Assembly (NCBI GenBank): GCA_963823555.1
Contig: CAWGMA010000001.1
Span: 576,001-640,000 of the forward strand
Direction: 5' to 3'
Length of the DNA: 64,000 bases
Source of the DNA: Candidatus Eiseniibacteriota bacterium
GTDB taxonomy: Bacteria; Eisenbacteria; RBG-16-71-46; CAVPCR01
Both the position numbers and the translations under genes were made by a program. The notes below the pieces were generated by a model. It was not told the origin of the DNA, did no database searches, and saw only the letters and a list, made by a program, of their open reading frames with translations. This document shows, one piece after another, positions 40,515 to 50,640 of the stretch. Each line of letters starts with the position of its first letter. Position 1 is the first letter of the stretch.

Positions 40515-41765
40515 ATGACCGGGCGCGGGGCCAGAGGGCTGTTCTCGGGATCGCAGCTCGCGGTGCTCGTCTCCGCGATCCTGCTCTCCGCGTTCGGGAT
40601 CCTCCTCATCTACTCGGCGGCAACTGGCTCGCGCTTCGCGGCGATCACCAATCATCATCAGCGTCAGCTGTTGTGGCTCGGGCTCGGGATCATCGCCATG
40701 GCCGGCGCCGTGACGATTCCCTTCACCATCTACGAGGGACTGCGCACCTACGTGGGCTGGGCCATATCGATCCTGCTCCTCGCGCTCGTGCCGCTGATCG
40801 GAGAGACCAGCCTCGGAGCTCAGCGCTGGCTGGACATCGGCGGCATCCGCTTTCAGCCGTCCGAGGTCGCCAAGCTGACGACGGTGGTTGTTCTGGCCTA
40901 CTATCTCTCGCGCCGCCGTCGCGACCTGATGAGCGTCCGCAGCTTGATCCTGCCCTGCATGCTCGTGCTGTTGCCGCTGGCCTTGATCCTGAAGCAGCCC
41001 GATTTGGGAACGGCGCTCTCGTTTCCCTTCATTCTCTTCTCCATGCTGTATTGGGCGGGGCTGCCGTTCTCCTATCTGGCGCTCCTGGTGTCTCCGGTCT
41101 TGAGCCTTCTGGCCGCTTTCTCCGCTGCCACCTGGGGCATCTTCGCCGTGGCCTTCGTGGTCACGCTGTACTACTCCTTGACGCGCTATCGCTTGCGCTG
41201 GGCTCCGGTGATCGCGCTGTGTTGCATCAACCTGGCGGTCGGGGTGGCCACGCCGCAGATCTGGGGCTCCATGAAGGAGTACCAGCGTGATCGGATCACG
41301 GCCTTTCTCAACCCGGGGCATGATCGCTTCGGCTCCGGGTACCAGATCATCCAATCCGAGATTGCCATCGGGTCGGGGGGGCTTTTCGGTCAGGGTTATC
41401 TGCAGGGTACGCAGAAGAACTTCCAGTTCCTGCCCGAGAAGCACACCGACTTCGTGTTCTCCGTGGTAGGCGAGGAGTTCGGGTTCACCGGATGCCTCCT
41501 CGTCGTCGTCCTCTATTTCGTGCTCTTCAGCGGAGTGATCGGCATCGCCAAGAGCGCGCGCAGTCGGTTTGCCAGCCTGATCGCCTTTGGCATCGGCGCG
41601 CCGTTGTTCTTCCACGTCGTCGTCAATATCGCGATGACCATCGGATTCGCGCCGGTGGCTGGGCTCCCCCTGCCGTTTCTTTCCTACGGTGGGACCGCCC
41701 TTCTCATGAACTTGGTCGGGCTCGGGATGGTGATCGGAATCGGGATCAGGCGCCACGAGTACTAG
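40515..41765 (+). CDS. rodA: SEDS peptidoglycan glycosyltransferase RodA
   Basis: 'GAQRW', 'QPSE', 'QPDLGT', 'LPEKHTDF', 'PFLSYGG'. Confidence 0.95.
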   Translation: MTGRGARGLFSGSQLAVLVSAILLSAFGILLIYSAATGSRFAAITNHHQRQLLWLGLGIIAMAGAVTIPFTIYEGLRTYVGWAISILLLALVPLIGETSLGAQRWLDIGGIRFQPSEVAKLTTVVVLAYYLSRRRRDLMSVRSLILPCMLVLLPLALILKQPDLGTALSFPFILFSMLYWAGLPFSYLALLVSPVLSLLAAFSAATWGIFAVAFVVTLYYSLTRYRLRWAPVIALCCINLAVGVATPQIWGSMKEYQRDRITAFLNPGHDRFGSGYQIIQSEIAIGSGGLFGQGYLQGTQKNFQFLPEKHTDFVFSVVGEEFGFTGCLLVVVLYFVLFSGVIGIAKSARSRFASLIAFGIGAPLFFHVVVNIAMTIGFAPVAGLPLPFLSYGGTALLMNLVGLGMVIGIGIRRHEY

Positions 41766-41815
41766 ACACTACGGTGGGGAGCTCCCGAGAGGGGTGCCAG
41801 GAAGAAGATGACAGC

Positions 41816-42628
41816 GTGATTCCAACTCTTCTCAAGATCGGGCCGCTCGAAATCCACAGCTACGGATTGATGCTGGCGATCGCCTTCATCGTCGGCATGC
41901 AACTCGCTCTGGCCGAGTCGCGTCGCCGCGGGCTTGATGAGGCGCGGCTGGCGACGCTCTGCCTGTGGATTCTCGTGGCCTCGGTTGGCGGAGCCCGCCT
42001 CATGTACATCGCAAGCCACCCCGACGCCTACGCGGGGCGGTGGCTCGATGCCCTCAAGCTGTGGGAAGGGGGCCTCACCATGTACGGCGGCTTCGTGGCC
42101 GCCCTTCTCGTCTCGCTCATCTACCTGCGCCAGAACAACATGCAGGTGGCGGAGGTCTTCGATGCCTTCAGCCCGGCCATTGCGCTGGGCTCCGGAATCA
42201 CGCGACTCGGGTGTTTCCTGAACGGTTGCTGCTTCGGCCACCCCTGTTCCTTGCCATGGGGCGTGACCTTCGATCCCGATTCATTCGCGGGACGTGTCTA
42301 TCCGGGGATCCCGCTCCATCCGACCCAGCTCTATCTGGCCCTGGCCGGATTCATGAGCTTCGCTTTGCTGTGGGCGCTGCGCGGGCGTCTCAAGCGTCCC
42401 GGTCAGCTGTTCTTCGTGTTTCTCCTCCTCGAATCGGGTTCGCGGTTCGTTGTCGACTTCTTCCGCCACTACGAGCCCGGTGGTGAGTCGGTCGCCGTGC
42501 TGGGCGCACATCTGAGCCTGACCCAGGTCCTCTGCCTCGTGCTGATCGTGGTCGCGATCTTCGGGCTCGCGCGCATGGCGGGCCCGCGACTGCCGGCCGC
42601 CAGCGCCGGCAGCGGGGGCGGGAGGTAG
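41816..42628 (+). CDS. lgt: Prolipoprotein diacylglyceryl transferase
   Basis: 'HSYG', 'GARL', 'WEGGL', 'RLGCFLNG', 'HPTQLY'. Confidence 0.93.
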   Translation: MIPTLLKIGPLEIHSYGLMLAIAFIVGMQLALAESRRRGLDEARLATLCLWILVASVGGARLMYIASHPDAYAGRWLDALKLWEGGLTMYGGFVAALLVSLIYLRQNNMQVAEVFDAFSPAIALGSGITRLGCFLNGCCFGHPCSLPWGVTFDPDSFAGRVYPGIPLHPTQLYLALAGFMSFALLWALRGRLKRPGQLFFVFLLLESGSRFVVDFFRHYEPGGESVAVLGAHLSLTQVLCLVLIVVAIFGLARMAGPRLPAASAGSGGGR

Positions 42629-42629
42629 C

Positions 42630-43520
42630 GTGACGAGCACGCCGGGCGAAGCTCGGGGATCGGGAGCCATCGCCGGCGACACCGCCGTGACCGGGATCAT
42701 TGGACGACCCGTGGCCCACAGCCTCTCGCCGGCGCTACAGAATGCCGCCTTCGCCGCGCTCGGCCTCAACTGGGTCTATATCGCCCTGGACGTCGATCCA
42801 GAAGAACTCGTCCCGGCGCTTCGCGGTGTGCGCGCCCTGGGCTTCAGGGGCTTGAACGTGACGGCGCCGCACAAGGTAGCGGCGGCCATGCTGGTCGACC
42901 GCCTGGATGGAACGGCGGCCGCGCTCGGGCTCGTCAATACCATCGTCTTCACCCGCGGCGAGGCGGTCGGCCATTCCACCGACGGCGTCGGGTTTGTGGC
43001 TGCGTGCAAGGACCACGGCGTCGAGATCGAGCCCGGCCTGAGGGCCGTCGTGGTGGGGGCGGGTGGAGCCGGTATGAGCATCAGCCATGCCTTGCTCGAA
43101 CGCGGGGCGCACGTGGTCCTTGCCAACCGGGACGCGCGACGGCTCTCTCAAGCGGCCGATCGTCTGGTACCGCTGGCAAGCGAGTCGGCGCTGGCAACCG
43201 TCCCGCTTGCAGATCGGCAGTTTCGCGAGGAGCTGTCGCACGCCGACCTCCTCGTCAACGCAACCGCAGATCCTCTTCCGTCCGCCATCGAGATCGAGCG
43301 GCTGCCCCGATCCGCGCGCGTCACCGATCTCGCCTATCGCGTGCCGGCTGCGAGCCTGGTGCCTTCGGCTCGGAGCCGTGGCCTCCAGGCCTGGGACGGC
43401 CTCGGCATGCTCGTCCATCAGGGGGCTCTCAGCTTCACCCTGTGGACCGGCCATGATCCGCCGCTGGCCGCCATGGCCCGTGCGGTCGGTTACACGGGGG
43501 GACCATCTCCCATCTCATGA
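42630..43520 (+). CDS. aroE: Shikimate dehydrogenase
   Basis: HSLSP, 'NVTAPHK', 'VNT', GAGG, 'GLGMLVHQG'. Confidence 0.9.
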   Translation: MTSTPGEARGSGAIAGDTAVTGIIGRPVAHSLSPALQNAAFAALGLNWVYIALDVDPEELVPALRGVRALGFRGLNVTAPHKVAAAMLVDRLDGTAAALGLVNTIVFTRGEAVGHSTDGVGFVAACKDHGVEIEPGLRAVVVGAGGAGMSISHALLERGAHVVLANRDARRLSQAADRLVPLASESALATVPLADRQFREELSHADLLVNATADPLPSAIEIERLPRSARVTDLAYRVPAASLVPSARSRGLQAWDGLGMLVHQGALSFTLWTGHDPPLAAMARAVGYTGGPSPIS

Positions 43521-43623
43521 CTCCGGTGCCGGCGGCGGAGTACTGACACCGTGTCTTGCGACTTTGGACCAAGGGCATTATCCTCATATGGTCGCCCGAG
43601 CCTCCCACCCACAGAGGTGCACC

Positions 43624-45240
43624 ATGGTCCGCCCCGCGGGACTCCCGGTTTTTCCCTGCCGTCATGACCTGAAAGTTCTCGTCCGCCATCTCCCCCTCGT
43701 GGTTGGCGTCGGGCTTCTCCTCGCAGTCCTCGTTCCCGGAGCCGCCACCGCTGATACGCAGGTCACTGGCGATATCCCGGCTGACGCCACCTGGACCGTG
43801 GCCGGTTCGCCCTACATCGTGGTCGGCAATGTCCGGGTGCTGCCCGGGGTGACGCTCACCATCCGCCCGGGAGTCCAGGTGAAGCTCGACCCCGGGCAGT
43901 CGCTGGTGGTCGACACCGGTGCGCTCCTGGCTCAGGGCACGCCCGATTCGACCATCGTCTTCAAACGCAACCAGGCCGGCCGTTGGGGTGTGATTGCCGG
44001 TTATGATGCCGATCTCACCTTCCGCCACTGCCGCCTCGAGTGGAGCTCATCCGTACCCATCATGTACAACACGGATCATGACGGTATGATCTCCAATGCC
44101 GCCGGCGGCGACACCATCATCGAGGACTGCGTGCTCTCCAACGCGGGCCGTGACGCCACCGAGTTCCAGGGTGGAAGTGTGGTCTTTCGCCGCAACCTGG
44201 TCCAGCACACCTACCGGCAGGGCTTCAACAGCTGGGATCACTGCAACTCGACTGTCGAGGACTGCCGGGTGGTGGATTGCTTCGACGACGCCTACAGCAT
44301 CACCACGGTGAACGCAAACGAGCTCGTCTTCCGCAACAACGTCGCGATCGATGTCGGCGATGACGGTCTCGACATCGATCATTTCGGCGCCCAGGAGCGG
44401 ATCAGCGGCTTCCAGGTCTACCACTGCAACGACAAGGGGATCTCGACCAGCCAGCTCTCGGTTTCGGTCACGGTCGAGAACTCGGTCGTGGCCGATGCCA
44501 ATGAGGGCTTCACCGCGACCGATGACTCGCGATTGAACCTGTACAACTGCGTTGCCTACAACTGCAATCGTGGGTTCGCCTCCTACGAGAGGAACCCGGG
44601 ATACGGCGGCGGCCGCCTCACCATCCGCAACTCGATCGCGTGGAACACGGTGACTCCGGTCTATCTCGACTCCCTGTCGTTTGCCGATGTCTGGTACTCG
44701 ATCCTCGATACGCCAGCGCCCTATCCCGGACTCGGGAACAAGAACGCGGATCCCGGATTCGTGAACGCGGACCAATTCGTCTTCTCCCTGGCTCCCGATT
44801 CCCCGGCCATCGACGCCGGCCTCTCCACCGGGATGCCGCCATTGGACATCCTCGGCAACCCACGCGTCGACGTGCCCTGGGTGCCGGACATGGGCGGGGG
44901 CGCGGTCACCTACTACGACATCGGGGCCTACGAGTTCGTGTCGCTGGCGGCCCCGGTCGCAGACGCGCCCGGCGCTTCCCGATTCCAGCTCAGGGCTGCG
45001 CCGACCCCGGCATCGGGACCGGTGGCGATCGCATTCGACCTGCCCCGAGCCGGCCAGGTCGAGGTCCAGATCTACGACGCGACGGGCCGCGCCATCGAGC
45101 GCCTGCACCGGGGGCCGCTCGCAGCGGGGCAGCACGAGCTCACATGGCTCGGCGCCGGGCATGCCCCCCGCGGGGTCTACTTCGTCCGGCTCACGGCGGG
45201 CGGCGACGAAGCGGTCGAGAAGATCGTGCGCACCCGTTAG
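43624..45240 (+). CDS. Secreted right-handed beta-helix protein with C-terminal FlgD-Ig/T9SS-CTD-like domain (start uncertain)
   Basis: 'WTVAGSPY', parallel beta-helix repeats, 'DPGF..SPAIDAG', 'DIGAYE', CTD 'IYDATGRAI..GVYFVRL'. Confidence 0.8.
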   Translation: MVRPAGLPVFPCRHDLKVLVRHLPLVVGVGLLLAVLVPGAATADTQVTGDIPADATWTVAGSPYIVVGNVRVLPGVTLTIRPGVQVKLDPGQSLVVDTGALLAQGTPDSTIVFKRNQAGRWGVIAGYDADLTFRHCRLEWSSSVPIMYNTDHDGMISNAAGGDTIIEDCVLSNAGRDATEFQGGSVVFRRNLVQHTYRQGFNSWDHCNSTVEDCRVVDCFDDAYSITTVNANELVFRNNVAIDVGDDGLDIDHFGAQERISGFQVYHCNDKGISTSQLSVSVTVENSVVADANEGFTATDDSRLNLYNCVAYNCNRGFASYERNPGYGGGRLTIRNSIAWNTVTPVYLDSLSFADVWYSILDTPAPYPGLGNKNADPGFVNADQFVFSLAPDSPAIDAGLSTGMPPLDILGNPRVDVPWVPDMGGGAVTYYDIGAYEFVSLAAPVADAPGASRFQLRAAPTPASGPVAIAFDLPRAGQVEVQIYDATGRAIERLHRGPLAAGQHELTWLGAGHAPRGVYFVRLTAGGDEAVEKIVRTR

Positions 45241-45312
45241 CCCTGGCGAGGAGGCAGCTGAAGCACCGGGTCTGCGAGCGTTCGGCGCGGAGCTTGCATA
45301 TCGCTGCATCCG

Positions 45313-46050
45313 ATGAATCGAGCTCTCGGGGCGGTCCGCGCCGCGGCGACCGTGCTTCTGGATCTCCTGCTGCCGCGCGTCTGCGTGTCCTGCGGTCGTG
45401 GCCTGGGCGGTGCCTCCGGCTCCGCCAGCGATCCTCCGCTCTGTGCATCATGCCTGGCGCATCTCGAGCTTGCCGAGCCGTTTGTCCTCCGCGATCTGCA
45501 AGTTCACGCGCTGTTCCGGCATGCGGGTCCGGCGCGAGATCTCATTCACGTGCTCAAGTACCACGGCCGGCGCGACGTGGCGCGATTCCTGGCCGCTCGC
45601 ATGGCCGAGAACGGCGCCCTTCTTGCGAAGCTATCATCCGATCTCGCTCCGCTCCTGGTACCGGTACCGCTTCACGGGCGCCGCGAGCGTGCTCGCGGCT
45701 ACAACCAGTCCGCCCTCGTGGCGCATGCCCTGGCGGCGCGTTTCCCGGCGATGGTGGTGGCATCGTTGATCGTCCGCCAGCGCTCGACCCGATCGCAGAC
45801 CACCCTCCATCGCGCCAGGCGGGCGGCGAACGTGGCCGGCGCCTTCGCTCCGCTGCCGCTCGGGAGGCGAGCAGGCCCCCGGGATCTGGCCACCCGCCCC
45901 GTGTTCCTCGTCGACGACGTCGTCACCACCGGTGCCACGCTCGTCGCGGCGGCCGACGCTCTGTCCTCGATCACGCGAGCACCGATCGTGGCCCTGGTTG
46001 CCGCCCGGGCGGACGGGGGTGGGGATGACGTGGACGCCAAGTCATCTTGA
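45313..46050 (+). CDS. comF: ComF family protein (zinc ribbon + PRTase)
   Basis: CxxC..CxxC, 'VPVPLH..RGYNQS', 'LVDDVVTTGAT'. Confidence 0.9.
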   Translation: MNRALGAVRAAATVLLDLLLPRVCVSCGRGLGGASGSASDPPLCASCLAHLELAEPFVLRDLQVHALFRHAGPARDLIHVLKYHGRRDVARFLAARMAENGALLAKLSSDLAPLLVPVPLHGRRERARGYNQSALVAHALAARFPAMVVASLIVRQRSTRSQTTLHRARRAANVAGAFAPLPLGRRAGPRDLATRPVFLVDDVVTTGATLVAAADALSSITRAPIVALVAARADGGGDDVDAKSS

Positions 46051-46075
46051 CATTCCTTCTTGGCTCCACTAACTT
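46047..46075 (+). promoter_or_regulatory. sigma70 promoter predicting a leaderless dapL transcript
   Basis: TTGACA-17nt-TAACTT ending 7 nt before ATG 46082; no SD sequence. Confidence 0.6.
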
Positions 46076-46081
46076 CCGTTC

Positions 46082-47263
46082 ATGCTTGATTTTAAACCTG
46101 CCGACCGGCTCGCCATGTTGCCGCCCTACCTGTTCGCGGAGATCGATCGCAAGAAGGATCGCCGCCGGGCCAGGGGACTCGATGTGATCGATCTGGGGGT
46201 GGGGGACCCCGACCTGCCAACGCCTCCGGGGATTCTCGAGCGTGTCGCCCGAGAAGCCATGGACCCGGCCCACCATCGCTACCCGCCATCGCAGGGAATC
46301 GGCGCCTTCCGTGAGGCTGTGGGCGCGTGGTATTCCCGACGCCATCAGGTGATCCTGGATCCCGACACCGAGATCACGAACCTCATCGGCTCCAAGGAAG
46401 GCATCGGGCATGTCTCTCTTGCCCTCGTCAATCCGGGAGAGGAGGTGTGGATCCCCGATCCCGGTTACCCCGTCTACCTCTCGGGCACCATCTTCGCGGC
46501 CGGCGCGCCGCGCTTCATGCCGCTGCGCGCCGAGAACGGCTTTCTTCCCGATCTCGACGCGCTCGAGGCCAACGGCGTCGATCGCGGGCGGCTCATCTTC
46601 ATCAACTACCCGAACAATCCGACCGGCGCCGTCGCCCCGCGCGACTTCTACGCGCGCCTGGTTGATCTCGCACACCGCCACCACCTGCTCATCGTGGCCG
46701 ATGCCGCTTACATGGAGCTGGCGGACGAGCCGGCGCCTTCCATCCTCGAGGTGGAAGGTGCCAAGGACGTCGCGATCGAGATCGGATCGTTCTCGAAGAC
46801 ATTCAACATGACCGGATGGCGCATGGGCTGGGCCGCCGGGAATGCGACGGCCATCAAGGCGCTGGTCGCCCTCAAGTCGAACCTCGATTCGGGGTCGCCG
46901 GGAGCGATCCAGATGGCGGCTGTCCACGGCTTCTCGCTGATCGAGGAGCACCTTCCGGCTTTGCTTCGGGTCTATGCCGAGCGCCGGGAGGCCGCGCTCG
47001 CCGGACTCCGCGAGCTCGGGATCGACGTCTTCCCGCCCGGAGGGACCTTCTACGTCTGGGCCCGCGTGCCCGCGGACATGCGCTCGGTGGAGTTCGCCGG
47101 CCGGGTTCTCGACTCGACCGGGGTGGTGGTGACCCCGGGTGTGGGGTTCGGATCCCAGGGAGAGGGCTGGTTCCGGATCGCCCTCTGCTCGGACGTGGCC
47201 CAGGTGCGGGCCGCCATGACGCGGCTCGCGGAGGCCGGACTGTGGGCGCGATCCGTCTCCTGA
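46082..47263 (+). CDS. dapL: LL-diaminopimelate aminotransferase (class I PLP)
   Basis: 'LPPYLFAEID', 'GSKEGI', 'NYPNNPTGA', 'SFSKTFNMTGWR'. Confidence 0.8.
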   Translation: MLDFKPADRLAMLPPYLFAEIDRKKDRRRARGLDVIDLGVGDPDLPTPPGILERVAREAMDPAHHRYPPSQGIGAFREAVGAWYSRRHQVILDPDTEITNLIGSKEGIGHVSLALVNPGEEVWIPDPGYPVYLSGTIFAAGAPRFMPLRAENGFLPDLDALEANGVDRGRLIFINYPNNPTGAVAPRDFYARLVDLAHRHHLLIVADAAYMELADEPAPSILEVEGAKDVAIEIGSFSKTFNMTGWRMGWAAGNATAIKALVALKSNLDSGSPGAIQMAAVHGFSLIEEHLPALLRVYAERREAALAGLRELGIDVFPPGGTFYVWARVPADMRSVEFAGRVLDSTGVVVTPGVGFGSQGEGWFRIALCSDVAQVRAAMTRLAEAGLWARSVS

Positions 47264-47643
47264 GCGTCCCCTTTTTCGGCCACCACGGGGTCAGCCGGGC
47301 CGAGCGGGAGGCCGGGACCCTCCTCGAGCTGGACGTGGAGCTCGATCTGGATCTGGAGCCGGCAGCGGCTTCCGATGATGTTCGAGACACGGTAAACTAT
47401 ATGGACGTCCACGAGGAGGTCCGGGGCATTGTCCGGGACGAGCGCTTCAACCTCCTCGAGTCCCTGGCCGCTACCATCGCCGATCAGCTGATCACCCGGT
47501 TCTCCGCCCGGCGAGTGACGGTGCGCATCCGCAAGGTCAACTTGCCGCTCTCCGGTGGGCGAATCGAGGTGGAGCTCACCCGCGAGGCCAAGGCCCGCGG
47601 GCGGACGGCCAGACGTAACATCAAACGAGGCTCGGGAAATTGA
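47242..47643 (+). CDS. folB: Dihydroneopterin aldolase
   Basis: 'FFGHHGV..ERE.G', 'SDDVRDTVNY', 'FNLLESLA'. Confidence 0.88.
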   Translation: MGAIRLLSVPFFGHHGVSRAEREAGTLLELDVELDLDLEPAAASDDVRDTVNYMDVHEEVRGIVRDERFNLLESLAATIADQLITRFSARRVTVRIRKVNLPLSGGRIEVELTREAKARGRTARRNIKRGSGN

Positions 47644-48137
47644 CTTCGGTCTTCATCTCCATGGGGTCCAATCTGGGTGACCGTGTCGAGATGCTCCGGC
47701 GCGGGCTCGATGAGCTCGACCAGCTCAACGATACTCAGGTTGTTCGCCTTTCCTCCATCTACGATACGGAGCCGGTGGGAGAGGTGGACCAGCCACGTTT
47801 CCTGAACGCCGTCGTCATGATCGAGACCGAGCTCGAGCCGCAGGTCCTCTTGTGGAATCTGCTCCTCATCGAGCGCAGACTCGGGCGCGTGCGCACCAGG
47901 CGCTGGGGTCCCCGCCCGATCGATCTCGACATCCTCCTCTACGGTGACGACGTGATCGACGAAGAGGGTCTCGTTGTTCCCCACCCCCTGCTCCAGGAGC
48001 GGGCCTTTGTTCTCGTTCCCCTGGCCGAACTCGCCGCGGATCTCGATCATCCCTCGCTGGGACTCACCATAGCTGAGCTGCGCGACCGCCTCCCCACCGA
48101 ACACGGCGTCCGCCGGCGCGGGCGGCTGTCCATCTAG
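47640..48137 (+). CDS. folK: HPPK
   Basis: GSNLGD, 'FLNAV', 'RWGPRPIDLDIL', 'PHP'. Confidence 0.95.
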   Translation: MTSVFISMGSNLGDRVEMLRRGLDELDQLNDTQVVRLSSIYDTEPVGEVDQPRFLNAVVMIETELEPQVLLWNLLLIERRLGRVRTRRWGPRPIDLDILLYGDDVIDEEGLVVPHPLLQERAFVLVPLAELAADLDHPSLGLTIAELRDRLPTEHGVRRRGRLSI

Positions 48138-48152
48138 GGGCGGGGGGGGAAG

Positions 48153-48830
48153 GTGGCCGAGGATCAGGTCGCCAACCAGGACGCGAGTCCGCTGCTGAGC
48201 GGTCACATTGCCATCGAAGGCGTCATCGGCGCTGGAAAGACCACGCTGGCCGCGCGGCTCGCTGCCCGCCACGGGGTGGAGCCGGTCCTCGAAGCAGTCG
48301 AGGAAAATCCGTTCCTCAAGTCGTTCTATCGGGACCGCCAGCGCTTCGCCTTCCAGACGCAGCTCTTCTTCCTCCTGTCCCGGCATGCCCAGCAAGTCGA
48401 GCTGAAGCAGCCGGATCTCTTCCGCGAGATCGTGGTCTGTGATTATATCTTCCAGAAGGATCGCATCTTCGCCAACTTGACTCTCTCCGATCACGAGCTG
48501 AACCTGTACAACCGGGTGGCTGGCATCCTCGAGCGCGAGGTGCCGGTGCCGGACAAGGTGGTCTACCTCCAGCATCCGGTCGAGACCCTGCTCGATCGCA
48601 TTCGTGATCGCGGACGTCCTTTCGAGCGCCGCATCGATCGCGACTACATCCGGACGCTCAACGATGCCTACAATCACTTCTTCTTTCACTACGAACTGGC
48701 TCCGGTCCTGATCGTCAACTCGACGCGCGTCGACTTCGACGCTCGTGAGGATGATCTCGAGGACTTGATCCGGGAAATCAAGAGGCACCGCCATGGGATC
48801 GCCTACTACTCGCCAGGCGGCAACACGTAG
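48153..48830 (+). CDS. Deoxynucleoside kinase
   Basis: 'IEGVIGAGKTT', 'ENPFL', 'RGRPFE'. Confidence 0.92.
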   Translation: MAEDQVANQDASPLLSGHIAIEGVIGAGKTTLAARLAARHGVEPVLEAVEENPFLKSFYRDRQRFAFQTQLFFLLSRHAQQVELKQPDLFREIVVCDYIFQKDRIFANLTLSDHELNLYNRVAGILEREVPVPDKVVYLQHPVETLLDRIRDRGRPFERRIDRDYIRTLNDAYNHFFFHYELAPVLIVNSTRVDFDAREDDLEDLIREIKRHRHGIAYYSPGGNT

Positions 48831-49707
48831 GAAGGGGGTTGGGGCGGGTCCTCGCCACGAGGCTCCCGCCGCCGAGGCCCCGACCCGCCCCGCCGCCGGT
48901 CCCGTCGCCCGGCGCGTGACGATCGAGGATCTCAGGAAGAAGAAGCAGCACGGTGAGCCGATCGTGATGGTCACCGCCTATGACACGCCCACGGCCCGCA
49001 TCGTCGATCATGCGGGGGTGGATGTGATTCTCGTCGGGGATTCCCTCGGCATGGTGGTCCTGGGCCACGAAACGACGCTCCAGGTCACCATGGAAGACAT
49101 GGTCCGACATACAGCGGCGGCATCCCGGGCCCGGCCCCGCGCTCTCCTCGTGGCCGACATGCCCTTCCTCTCTTTCCAGGTGAGTCCGGAGCGTGCCGTC
49201 GAGAACGCCGGCCGGCTCGTGCGCGAGGGCGGGGCCGACATGGTGAAGCTCGAGGGAGGCCGCGTGGTCCTGCCCGCGGTGGAGGCCATCACCAGGGCTT
49301 CGATCCCGGTCATGGGCCACCTCGGGCTCACTCCCCAGTCCATCCTCCGTTTCGGCGGCTACCGTGTGCAGGGACGGGGCGCCGACGCCGAGGCCGCGAT
49401 CCTCGATGATGCCCGTGCCCTCGTCGATGCGGGAGTGTTCCTGATCGTGCTCGAGGGGATACCCGAATCTCTGGGCCGCAAGATCACCGCGGCGGTACCT
49501 GTCCCCACCATCGGCATCGGCGCCGGCCCCGGCACCAACGGTCAGGTCCTGGTGCTGCACGATCTCGCCGGTATCTCCGAGGCCCCGCTGCCGCGGTTCG
49601 TCAAGCGGTACGGCGAGGTCGGGGAGGCGCTCCTCAAGGCGGTGGAGGGCTTTGCCGCCGAGGTCCGGCGGGGAGACTACCCGGCGCCGGCCCACTCGTA
49701 TGAGTAA
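48793..49707 (+). CDS. panB: 3-methyl-2-oxobutanoate hydroxymethyltransferase
   Basis: 'TAYD', 'LVGDSLGM', 'VKLEGG', 'HLGLTPQS'. Confidence 0.96.
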   Translation: MGSPTTRQAATRRKGVGAGPRHEAPAAEAPTRPAAGPVARRVTIEDLRKKKQHGEPIVMVTAYDTPTARIVDHAGVDVILVGDSLGMVVLGHETTLQVTMEDMVRHTAAASRARPRALLVADMPFLSFQVSPERAVENAGRLVREGGADMVKLEGGRVVLPAVEAITRASIPVMGHLGLTPQSILRFGGYRVQGRGADAEAAILDDARALVDAGVFLIVLEGIPESLGRKITAAVPVPTIGIGAGPGTNGQVLVLHDLAGISEAPLPRFVKRYGEVGEALLKAVEGFAAEVRRGDYPAPAHSYE

Positions 49708-49750
49708 GGCCGATCGCCGGGCACGGGCCGGGAGACAGCGCGAGCATTCG

Positions 49751-50632
49751 ATGCAGGCGATCCGGGATCCGGCGGCGATGCGCGCCCTGTCGCGGCGGCT
49801 TCGGAGCCGCGGCCACAGGCTGGCGTTCGTCCCCACGATGGGCTACCTCCATCGCGGGCATGTGTCCCTCCTCCGCCGGGCGCGCGAGCTCGGGGATCGG
49901 GTCGTGCTCTCGATCTTCGTCAATCCGCTCCAGTTCGGCCCGCGCGAGGACCTCGCCGCCTACCCCCGGGACGAGCGTCGCGATCTGGCCATCGCCCGGA
50001 GGGCCGGGGTCGACCTGGTCTACATCCCGGATACCCGGGCCATGTATCCGCCAGGCTTTCGCACCGAAGTCACCGTGCCTGATCTCGCTCGCCGGATGTG
50101 CGGTGCTTCCCGGCCGGGCCATTTCCAGGGGGTCTCGACGGTCGTCCTCAAGCTCCTCCATCAGGTCGAGCCGGATCTGCTTCTTCTCGGGCAGAAGGAC
50201 GCTCAGCAAGCCATCGTCATCGGGCGCATGATCCGGGACCTGGATGTGCCGGTCCGTCTCGTTGTCGGCCCCACGGTGCGCGAGCCGGACGGGCTGGCCA
50301 TGAGCTCCCGGAACACCTACCTGACGCCGGAGGAGAGGGCGCAGGCCCCGGCGATCTATGCCGCCCTCCGGGCCGGGGTGGCCGCCCTCGGCGCCGGCGA
50401 GCGCCGGACCCGGGTCGTCCGCCGCGTGATCGCAGCTCGCCTGGGCCAGGCCCCGCTCCTCCGGCCCGAATACGTCGTCCTGGTTGACTTGATCGATCTC
50501 CTTGAGCATGATCACGTTCCGCCCGAAGTCCTGATCGCGGTCGCCGCCCGTCTGGGACGGGCCCGACTGATCGACAACGTGATCGTCCGCATCGGCCGCA
50601 GTCGCCGCCGCGGACCGAATCCCACCCGGTAG
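49751..50632 (+). CDS. panC: Pantoate--beta-alanine ligase
   Basis: 'VPTMGYLHRGH', 'FVNPLQF', 'GQKDAQQ', 'AMSSRN', 'RLIDN'. Confidence 0.96.
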   Translation: MQAIRDPAAMRALSRRLRSRGHRLAFVPTMGYLHRGHVSLLRRARELGDRVVLSIFVNPLQFGPREDLAAYPRDERRDLAIARRAGVDLVYIPDTRAMYPPGFRTEVTVPDLARRMCGASRPGHFQGVSTVVLKLLHQVEPDLLLLGQKDAQQAIVIGRMIRDLDVPVRLVVGPTVREPDGLAMSSRNTYLTPEERAQAPAIYAALRAGVAALGAGERRTRVVRRVIAARLGQAPLLRPEYVVLVDLIDLLEHDHVPPEVLIAVAARLGRARLIDNVIVRIGRSRRRGPNPTR

Positions 50633-50640
50633 GAGGGTTC

